Source of the DNA: an uncultured delta proteobacterium | GTDB taxonomy: Bacteria > Myxococcota > Myxococcia > Myxococcales > Anaeromyxobacteraceae | Reading direction: 5' to 3' | Length of the DNA stretch: 64,000 nt | NCBI GenBank assembly: GCA_963828255.1 | Contig: CAWHDZ010000007.1 | Span: forward strand, 160,001 to 224,000 | In this document: piece after piece, positions 57,086 through 64,000 of the stretch | Layout: each line of letters begins with the position of its first letter | How positions within the stretch are numbered: position 1 is the first letter of the stretch | Position numbers and translations under genes: made by a program | The notes under the pieces: generated by a model | Databases searched by the model: none | What the model was told of the DNA's origin: nothing | What the model saw: the letters and a program-made list of their open reading frames with translations, nothing else

Positions 57086-58942
57086 TCACTGACAGCTCGG
57101 GCTCGTGCCGGGGGTCCAGTACCGGGTTCCTCCGTGGCAGCCGGTTGCGGTTCCAGTGTAACCGTTGGGACCGGGGGCGGACGGATTCCAGTTGGAGAAA
57201 TCCGGGGCCCCGGGAGCCGGGGCCGTGTTCATGTCCGGAACGCCGTTCACGTGGAACGGGAGGGCGTCCGGGCCGACGGCTCCGAGGCTGTACCCGGCCG
57301 GGTGGCAGGTCCCGCAGGAGACCGCGTACCAGTTGGGAAGGGCGTGCATCTGGTGCGAACCGGTGGTGGGCGGATCGCCGTGGCAGGCGCCGCAGCGAGC
57401 CTGTGTCCCGTCCACCTTGGTCCATTCGGGCGCGGTCGTCGTTCCACCGGTGAGCGTCGCCCCGTGGCAGTAGTTCGCGCAGGTGGCGGCGGTCCGGTCG
57501 AAGGAGGCCTGGGCGCCGTTCGCCGTGGCCAGCGGGCCCCAGTCGAGCGTGGCGGGCGTCGTGAAGGCCGGCCCCACGTGGAGGAGGCTCGCGGGCGAGG
57601 GGACGACGTGACACTCCGTGCAGTCGATGGGCTCGGAGATGGCGCTCGCACCGGGGAGGAGGTGGGCCTGGTGGGCGCCCACGCCGACCTGCCGCGTGTC
57701 GGAGGAGCCGAACCGGTCCACCGGCGGAGCGGCCTTCACCAGGGCGTCCATGCCCGTTGGCACCACGCGGTTCGGGTCGCCGTGGCAGGCGGTGCAGTCG
57801 GCGCTGAGGAACGGGGCACGGACGTCCGGGAGACCGTTCACGTGGAGTGTCGGGTTCACCGTGGCCCGCGAGTAGCCCTGGTGGCAGAAGCCGCAGTCGG
57901 CGCCCGTCGCGATCGCGGGGTGCCAGGCGCTCGTGTCGATGGAGCCGCCGGGGAGGGCGTGGCAGGAGCCGCAGGTGATCTCCGAGGGGGGATTCCACGA
58001 CGGGGTCGTGAGTGTTCCGCCGCCGAGCGGCAGGCCCGGGCCGCCGCCGTGACAGTAGACGTTGCTGCAGGTGATGGAGGAGCCCCCGGGCGGAGGGAGC
58101 ACGAGAACGGGGACGGCGCCGTTCGCCGACGCGAGCCCCGAGAAGGTCACCGTGGCGCTGCTGGTTGCGGTCGGGCCGACGTGCGCCAGATCGGTGGGGA
58201 CGACGTGGCACGCCGAGCAGGCGATGGGCAGGGAGAGGGGGCCGGCCGCGGGGAGGGAAAGCGGATCCCCGGCGGGGAGCAGGTGGCGCTGATGCGCGCC
58301 GACTCCCCGCAGCGACGGGCTGGACGCGCCGTTCCGGTCCACCGGGGGCGCCGCCTTCACGATGTCCGGGGTGCCCGGGGGCAGCGCCCGGCTCGCGTCA
58401 CCGTGGCAGGCGGCGCAGTTGGTGAGCATGGTGGGATCGGTGAGATCCTGCAGGCCGTTCACGTGGACCTGCCGGTCCACCGTGGAGTTGGTGAAGCCGG
58501 GGTGGCAGAGGGCGCACTGCACGCCCGCGGCCACCACCGGGTGCCACGGGGTGGCCGTGCCGGCACCCGGGGAGGCGTGGCATCCCCCGCATCCCAGGAC
58601 CGAGGGCGGGTTCCAGATCGGGGCCGGGACCGTCCCTCCGCCGATCTGCAGGCCGGGGCCGCCCGAGTGGCAGTAGACGTTGGAGCAGGACAGCGAAGTG
58701 GAGTTGAACGCCCCGACTGCCCCGTTGGCCCGGGCCAGGTTCCCCTCCAGGGTGACGGCGAACTGCCCGTTGTGGCACTCGCCGCAGGAGATCACCTTGG
58801 CGATCGGCCCGGAGAGGTGGACCGTGTGGGCGCCGGTGGTGGGCTCGCCGCCGCTCCCGCTCTCGGACGCCTCGCGTGCGGAGCAGGATGTGAGGCCGAG
58901 ACCGGTGACGGCAAGAAGGACGGCGGTTCTGCCGTGGCGCAT
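57086..58942 (-). CDS. Multiheme cytochrome c lipoprotein (14 motifs)
   Basis: Lipobox LTSC; 11 CxxCH + 2 CX4CH + 1 CX3CH. Confidence 0.9.
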   Translation of the reverse strand: MRHGRTAVLLAVTGLGLTSCSAREASESGSGGEPTTGAHTVHLSGPIAKVISCGECHNGQFAVTLEGNLARANGAVGAFNSTSLSCSNVYCHSGGPGLQIGGGTVPAPIWNPPSVLGCGGCHASPGAGTATPWHPVVAAGVQCALCHPGFTNSTVDRQVHVNGLQDLTDPTMLTNCAACHGDASRALPPGTPDIVKAAPPVDRNGASSPSLRGVGAHQRHLLPAGDPLSLPAAGPLSLPIACSACHVVPTDLAHVGPTATSSATVTFSGLASANGAVPVLVLPPPGGSSITCSNVYCHGGGPGLPLGGGTLTTPSWNPPSEITCGSCHALPGGSIDTSAWHPAIATGADCGFCHQGYSRATVNPTLHVNGLPDVRAPFLSADCTACHGDPNRVVPTGMDALVKAAPPVDRFGSSDTRQVGVGAHQAHLLPGASAISEPIDCTECHVVPSPASLLHVGPAFTTPATLDWGPLATANGAQASFDRTAATCANYCHGATLTGGTTTAPEWTKVDGTQARCGACHGDPPTTGSHQMHALPNWYAVSCGTCHPAGYSLGAVGPDALPFHVNGVPDMNTAPAPGAPDFSNWNPSAPGPNGYTGTATGCHGGTRYWTPGTSPSCQ

Positions 58943-59034
58943 GATACCCCCAGGGTGAATACCCCGGGAAGGTACCACGCCCGCCGCGCCATCCAAGAAG
59001 GACGACGGGGCGGGCCCGTCGGGTGTTCCGGGGG

Positions 59035-61044
59035 CTACCAGGTCTCGCTGCCGTGGCAGGCCGGGGCGCACTGGAGCGTGGAAGCGTTCCACGAGTTGAT
59101 GCTGGTTCCCGCTCCTGCCACGTTCTTCACGCCGTTCACGTGCAGGGGCACGTTCACGACGGTCGTCGAGTATCCGGAGTGGCACGAGCCGCAGCCGATG
59201 CCCGCGCCGTTGTGGAGCGAGTGTTCCCCCGTGTTTGGCGGCCGGCCGTGGCAGGACGTGCAAGTCATCGGTCCGCCAGTCCAGAGCGGGGCGGCGGTCG
59301 TGGCTCCACCGGTGAAGCTGCCGTGGCAGTAGGTCGCCGAGCAGGTGAGCGTGGTCGGGTTGAAGACAGGCCGGGCGCTGCCGGTGATGGCGATCCCGCC
59401 GAAGGGCAGGGAAGCCCTCTGGCCGTCCACGTGGGCCACACCGGACGGGAGGGGGCTGGCATGGCAGTTCGTGCAGGCGAACGGCGGTGCCCTCTGCCCG
59501 GATGCCAGCGGGTTCACGTGCTTCTGGTGGGCGCCCACCATGGCGTCGGTGGTGAGGGTCTGCCCCTGCGGGCCCACCGGGGGGGAGTAGGCCAGGAAGG
59601 GGTCCGTCCCGGGGACGTTGCCGGTCCTTCCCGTGGTGCCATGGCAGAAGGTGCACTCGTTCTGCCAGTCCGGGTGAGAGGCATTGGAGTGGCAGGTGTT
59701 GCAGGAACTTGTGGCGATGCCGGAAGCCGCGCCGAAGCCGGTGTGGCAGCCGGTGCAGGTCTGGAGCCCCTGCTGGTTGGCCGAGTAGCCGTGCGCTGTG
59801 GGGATGGCCCAGCCAGCCGGGTGAATGCCCGAGTACTCGGCGAGGCCGTTCATGTGCCTGCCGCCCCCGACGTTGATCACCCCGCCGGCGCTCACCGTGT
59901 CGGGGTGGCACCCGTTGCAGGACGCAGGCGTGACGGCCCCCGTGGCAGGATGGCCGGTGGGAGGCATGCCGTGGCAGCCGGTGCAGGAGAGGGTCGGGGT
60001 GGCGTTCCACGCCGGCGTGGCGCCCGCATTCCCGGTCACTCCACCGAAGTTGAAATTCCCGTGGCAGTAGGTCGCCGAGCAGGAGAGGGTCGTGGCGTTG
60101 TAGGTCGGGGCCGCGCCCTGCGTGGTGGCGAGCGTGCCGGGGCTGAAGACGATGCGCTCGGGGAGCGTGAGGGCGTGGTTCGCGTCGTCCGGGACCACGT
60201 GGCACTCGTTGCAGGCCACGGCCGCGCGGATGGTGGTGTCGGTCAGGTGGAGCAGGTGGGTGCCAACGACCCTGGCAGGATCGGTACCTCCGGGCGCCAG
60301 CGGCGGCGCCGCGTCGAGCAGCGGGTTGGTGGCTGTCACGGGGCGACCCGGGGTGCCGTGGCAGGAGGTGCAGTTGGCCGCCACGTTCGCGACACCGTTC
60401 ACGTGGCCTCCGCCGGCGACGTTGATGGTCCCGTTGGCGTTCACGGTGGACGGGTGGCATTGGCTGCAGGTCGCCGCGGTGACCGGCGGGGCCAGCGCCG
60501 GGTGGCCGGTGGGCGGCAGGCCGTGGCAGTTCACGCACTGGATGTCGGTGTCGGTCCAGAGCGGCGTCCCCGAGGCGCCGCGCACGCCGGCGAAGTCGAA
60601 CCCACCGTGACAGTAGGTGGCGGAGCAGCCCAGCGTGGTCCCGTTCCAGGCCGGGTTGTTCCCCTGCGTCCTCGCGAGCGCCCCGAAGAGGACGGGGCTC
60701 GCTGGTGGATTGGTGGCGTGGGCGATGTCCGTCGGAACGAGGTGGCACTCGTTGCAGCTGAGGGGAGCGCGGAGTGCGTTGGCACTGGAGGGGTTCACGT
60801 GGCGCAGGTGAGCGCCCTCCGCCGAGACCGGAGATCCGGTCGTGACCACCGGAGGGGCCGCGGCAAGCTGCGGGTCGGTTCCGGCCAGGTTCCCGATGCG
60901 TCCGGCCGTGCCGTGGCAGTAGACGCAGGCATCGGGGTTGCTCACCGAGCCGCCCGGTGCAGCGGGGCGCGAGGTGCAGGCGGAGGTGGACAGAACGCAG
61001 ACGAAGGCCGCGGCGGCGAGGACGGGAATCCGGGTCGAAGTCAC
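59035..61044 (-). CDS. Multiheme cytochrome c lipoprotein (18 motifs)
   Basis: AGGAGG RBS and GTG start; signal ending TSAC; 14 CxxCH + 3 CX4CH + 1 CX3CH. Confidence 0.9.
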   Translation of the reverse strand: MTSTRIPVLAAAAFVCVLSTSACTSRPAAPGGSVSNPDACVYCHGTAGRIGNLAGTDPQLAAAPPVVTTGSPVSAEGAHLRHVNPSSANALRAPLSCNECHLVPTDIAHATNPPASPVLFGALARTQGNNPAWNGTTLGCSATYCHGGFDFAGVRGASGTPLWTDTDIQCVNCHGLPPTGHPALAPPVTAATCSQCHPSTVNANGTINVAGGGHVNGVANVAANCTSCHGTPGRPVTATNPLLDAAPPLAPGGTDPARVVGTHLLHLTDTTIRAAVACNECHVVPDDANHALTLPERIVFSPGTLATTQGAAPTYNATTLSCSATYCHGNFNFGGVTGNAGATPAWNATPTLSCTGCHGMPPTGHPATGAVTPASCNGCHPDTVSAGGVINVGGGRHMNGLAEYSGIHPAGWAIPTAHGYSANQQGLQTCTGCHTGFGAASGIATSSCNTCHSNASHPDWQNECTFCHGTTGRTGNVPGTDPFLAYSPPVGPQGQTLTTDAMVGAHQKHVNPLASGQRAPPFACTNCHASPLPSGVAHVDGQRASLPFGGIAITGSARPVFNPTTLTCSATYCHGSFTGGATTAAPLWTGGPMTCTSCHGRPPNTGEHSLHNGAGIGCGSCHSGYSTTVVNVPLHVNGVKNVAGAGTSINSWNASTLQCAPACHGSETW

Positions 61045-61169
61045 GGGCAGCCTCCTGGGAAAAACACGTGAAACTTGTGCGGGATCGGTCCTCGAACCGA
61101 CAATCGCGTTTACCCCCAAAGGGCATTTTAGTCCAACCAGGAAGCGCTCATTGTCCGTCGCGCAACGGT

Positions 61170-61199
61170 GAGGCCCACCCGGGATTCCGGGTGGGTCTC
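61170..61199. terminator. GC-rich hairpin downstream of the lipoprotein gene
   Basis: GAGGCCCACCCGG-GATT-CCGGGTGGGTCTC; no clear U-tract. Confidence 0.45.
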
Positions 61200-61210
61200 G
61201 CGCCGAAGCG

Positions 61211-61729
61211 TCACCTCGGAATGTCGGCCTTCATCTCCGCACCGTGCGCCGGTGCCTGCCCGTGGGCCCCGCCCGGCTTCCCGCCCTTCGGTTCCAGGTA
61301 CTCGTTCGACAGGGTGGAGACGGACGCCACCTTCCATCGGCCGCCCTCGCGAACCAGCTCGTAGCTCATCTTCATGTCGGCGACGAAGGTCGGCCCGTCG
61401 GGCTCTCCGGGCTTCGTGTGGCGGTCGTGGTAGCGCCACCTCTCGCGGGTCTCGACGGTGCCTGCGTCCCCGGTCGTCGAGGCGCTCGTCACCTCGAAGG
61501 CATCGATCCGGCTCTCGAGAACCAGCTTCGCCGAGGTCTTGAGGTCCACGAGCACCTGCACGCGCCCCATCTCCTTCGCGGTGGCCAGGTTGGCAAGCGG
61601 CGAGGCGTCGCCGCCGGCGTAAGCGCGTACCAGCGCGTCGTCATAGGCGCGAACCGCCTTCGCAGCTTCCTGCGAGGCGCCCTGGCAGGACCCGAGGACG
61701 AGGAGCGCAGTGGCAGCGAGCCGTCGCAT
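61211..61729 (-). CDS. Lipoprotein in cytochrome c biogenesis operon
   Basis: Lipobox LGSC; start overlaps the ccsA stop. Confidence 0.75.
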   Translation of the reverse strand: MRRLAATALLVLGSCQGASQEAAKAVRAYDDALVRAYAGGDASPLANLATAKEMGRVQVLVDLKTSAKLVLESRIDAFEVTSASTTGDAGTVETRERWRYHDRHTKPGEPDGPTFVADMKMSYELVREGGRWKVASVSTLSNEYLEPKGGKPGGAHGQAPAHGAEMKADIPR

Positions 61730-62541
61730 CAGCTCCCCACCATGTAGGAGTTGTGGATGGTCGGCACGAGGATGGCGACCACGAAGAGGGTGACCACCGC
61801 GAATCCCAGCGCCACGAAGGTGAGCCAGGCCATGCGCCGGCCGCTCCAGCGGTGCAGGACCCGGAAGTGGAGCACGATGCCGAAGACGATCCAGGTGACG
61901 AGCGCGCTCGTCTCAATGGGATCCCACCCCCAGTAGCGCCCCCAGGACTGGTGGGCCCAGAGCGCGCCGGCGGCGATCATCACTCCCAGGAAGAGGAAGG
62001 AGATGATCATGAACTGGTGGGCGTAGAGGTCGAGCTTCTCCGGGCTGGGCAGCCTGGGGAGCGCCGACGGCTTGCGATCCTTCAGGAGCCAGGCAGCCGC
62101 GCAGGCAGCCGCGAGCAGGATGGCCGCGAAGAAGAGCTTGGCGAATCCGATGTGCATGAAGAGCCACCAGGACTTGAAGATGATGGGCACCTCGCGCTTC
62201 AGCTCGAAGGTGGAGACCGCCCAGCCCATGAGCAGGAAGGCCGATGGGGCCACGAAGACGCCCAGGCCACGAAGGCCGCGGGCCATCGCCGTGGCCACCA
62301 GCCAGACCGCCACCACGATGAAGGTGTCCGCCGAGATCACCTCGTAGCGGGTGTTGTAGGGGCCGTGCCCCACCTCGACCCAGCGCAGCGCGAGCGAGCC
62401 GGCGTGCGGCAGGAGAGCGGCGGCGAGGAGCGCCATCCCCGCCCGGGCGCCCCACTCCTTCCCGAAGGCTGCCCAGGCGAACCAGGCGACCGTCGCCAGC
62501 GCATAGAGGGTGACTGCACTCCAGAAGAGGATGCTCTGCAC
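61729..62541 (-). CDS. ccsA: System II cytochrome c heme lyase CcsA/ResC
   Basis: WWD motif WAHQSWGRYWGWDPIET and conserved His residues. Confidence 0.9.
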   Translation of the reverse strand: MQSILFWSAVTLYALATVAWFAWAAFGKEWGARAGMALLAAALLPHAGSLALRWVEVGHGPYNTRYEVISADTFIVVAVWLVATAMARGLRGLGVFVAPSAFLLMGWAVSTFELKREVPIIFKSWWLFMHIGFAKLFFAAILLAAACAAAWLLKDRKPSALPRLPSPEKLDLYAHQFMIISFLFLGVMIAAGALWAHQSWGRYWGWDPIETSALVTWIVFGIVLHFRVLHRWSGRRMAWLTFVALGFAVVTLFVVAILVPTIHNSYMVGS

Positions 62542-62550
62542 GGGTTCTCC

Positions 62551-63762
62551 TCAGGCCGGCGGACCGGCGCGCTCCCAGTCGGTGGCGATGGCCGCACCCC
62601 CACGGACGGTGAAGACCAGCGCGGCGGCCCCCTCCCCAGCCCGGCCGATCCGGGCCACGCCGGCTGGGAAGGCGAGCAGCGTGCAGCCGGCCAGGATGAC
62701 GATGAATCCGGCGAATACGCCGGAGAGCCCGGGAGTGCGGGTGTACGTGAAGCGCCCCCAGCGCCCGATGCCGAGCACGCGCGCCTGTCCCGCGCCGAAA
62801 GGGAAGCCGACCCCCGGGGCCAGTTCCCTTCGCTCCCCGCGGCTCTCCATCCAGAGGAGGAGCTTGCCCGTCCCGGCCGAGCCGTCGATGTCCCGCTCCG
62901 TCTCGAGGACGAAGCGTGCCGGTTCTCCGGAGGGGCTGGTGACCTCGGCGGCGGCCCTCCGCGGTGCCTCGGTCTGGAGCCGGAGCGAGCGCATCCCCAT
63001 CCCGGGGATGTCGATCGTGATGGCCATGCCCGATGGGATGGCCTGGAAGATCTCGATGTCGCCAGCGCGGATGCCGGCCGCCCGGTCCACGGTCTCCACC
63101 CGGAGCGGCTCGCCGGGGACAATCACCTCGAGCTCGGAGAGCCGGTCGCTGGAGTACCCGGCCTGCTTCTGGAACGGGTCGAAGCGGACGAGCGCCACGT
63201 CGACCTCGGGGAGGGACTGCCGTGCGAGCGGCCCCTTCTCCCGGCCGAAGACGGTTCCGTGGGCCGCGAGGCTCGCCTTCTCCCCCTCGGACAGGTCGAA
63301 GACCCCCGAGTCGAAGAGCGCGTGCTGAACCAGGACCGCGGCGATGAGCACGAGGAGGCCGACGTGGAGCACCCAGCCTCCCCAGAGCGCCGGGCCGAAG
63401 CGGGTGAGGGTCTCGCCCTGGCCGCGGAAGCCCTGCTCCGCGAGGAACGCCCGGGCGTCGGCGGAGCGCACGGGGAGCCTGGTCGCCGACGGAGGCAACT
63501 CGCCGCGTCCGATGGCCAGGGTGCGGGCGCGCCGACCCCAGGTGCAGGCGAGCGTGCTCGCGAAGAGCAGGGCCACGACGACGAGGAACGGCCAGGAGGT
63601 GAACGGATGGTCCAGGCCGATGGCGACGGCCCAGGCTGGCGCGGCGGGCCCCTGCGGTTGCATCCACGGGGCCCAGGCGCCCACGCCGGTCCAGACGGCC
63701 AGGAAGCCGATGACCGAGAGGGCGAGGCGAGGCGATCGGAGGAACCGGAGGAGGTTCGACAA
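62551..63762 (-). CDS. ResB/CcsB-like cytochrome c biogenesis protein
   Basis: FLRSPRLA, GLDHPFTSWPF, TLAC, VLHVG; upstream of ccsA. Confidence 0.75.
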   Translation of the reverse strand: MSNLLRFLRSPRLALSVIGFLAVWTGVGAWAPWMQPQGPAAPAWAVAIGLDHPFTSWPFLVVVALLFASTLACTWGRRARTLAIGRGELPPSATRLPVRSADARAFLAEQGFRGQGETLTRFGPALWGGWVLHVGLLVLIAAVLVQHALFDSGVFDLSEGEKASLAAHGTVFGREKGPLARQSLPEVDVALVRFDPFQKQAGYSSDRLSELEVIVPGEPLRVETVDRAAGIRAGDIEIFQAIPSGMAITIDIPGMGMRSLRLQTEAPRRAAAEVTSPSGEPARFVLETERDIDGSAGTGKLLLWMESRGERRELAPGVGFPFGAGQARVLGIGRWGRFTYTRTPGLSGVFAGFIVILAGCTLLAFPAGVARIGRAGEGAAALVFTVRGGAAIATDWERAGPPA

Positions 63763-63802
63763 GGTCTGTTCGCTGTAATCGGTCGCGGGCCGGGGTTCAA
63801 GA

Positions 63803-63840
63803 GGGGCGGCGGCGTGCCCTGTGGCCAGCCGCCGCCCCCG
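63803..63840 (-). terminator. Hairpin (12-bp GC stem) after the upstream gene
   Basis: GGGGGCGGCGGC...GCCGCCGCCCCC inverted repeat. Confidence 0.55.
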
Positions 63841-63844
63841 GGGA

Positions 63845-64000
63845 TCAGTGACCAGTGCCGTTGCAGCCGCAGTTGTCCTTGACCCAGCCCGTGGTGTTGT
63901 TGGCGGGGTAGGAGACGATGTAGAGCCTGCTGCCCGTGCCGCCCTGCGCGTAGGGTGCGGCGTTGTCCCAGCCGGCGATGGTGCCGCCGACGTTGGCGCT
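63845..64000 (-). CDS. 3' end of a gene (probably another cytochrome c), ending WVKDNCGCNGTGH*
   Basis: Open frame to the window edge with strong codon bias; product inferred from context. Confidence 0.55.
   Translation of the reverse strand, partial: SANVGGTIAGWDNAAPYAQGGTGSRLYIVSYPANNTTGWVKDNCGCNGTGH

Noticed and set aside
48485..61044. Regularly recurring DNA words (e.g. GTTGCCGTGGCAGTAG) resembling a CRISPR array
   Set aside because: They encode the repeated YCHGN/CH motifs at ~560-bp spacing; no spacer structure and no cas genes
57086..61126. 1346-aa ORF as one cytochrome
   Set aside because: Its N-terminal part is an off-frame reading of the neighbouring gene; the signal peptide starts at 58942

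Overview
High-GC (~70%) bacterial chromosome segment whose gene content (carD-carG with an H1-like CarD tail, topoisomerase VI, CxxxxCH/CxxCH multiheme cytochromes, a selenoprotein) points to an Anaeromyxobacter-like myxobacterium (inference). It holds mostly housekeeping and accessory genes, a VapBC-type toxin-antitoxin pair, tmRNA (tag ANEPMALAA) next to a lower-GC DUF2868/DUF3482 pair, a B12 photoreceptor (CarH/LitR-like) divergent from a cfa/DUF1365/DUF1295 lipid-modification operon, and top6BA. A ~15 kb cluster encodes four lipoprotein multiheme cytochromes (about 106 heme motifs counted by eye, 47 in one protein) with adjacent CcsBA genes. Best candidate for an undescribed system: two dispersed DUF222-like/HNH nuclease genes (19096, 45530), each preceded by the same ~240-270 nt non-coding cassette (terminal palindrome, TTGACA, several conserved hairpins with compensatory changes), suggesting an RNA-associated or mobile HNH element. 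Also notable: a UGA-recoded peroxiredoxin with a SECIS-like hairpin, an unannotated 43-aa basic protein, and a PafBC-like promoter motif before DNA-repair genes. All family calls come from motif recognition only; no database search was run.
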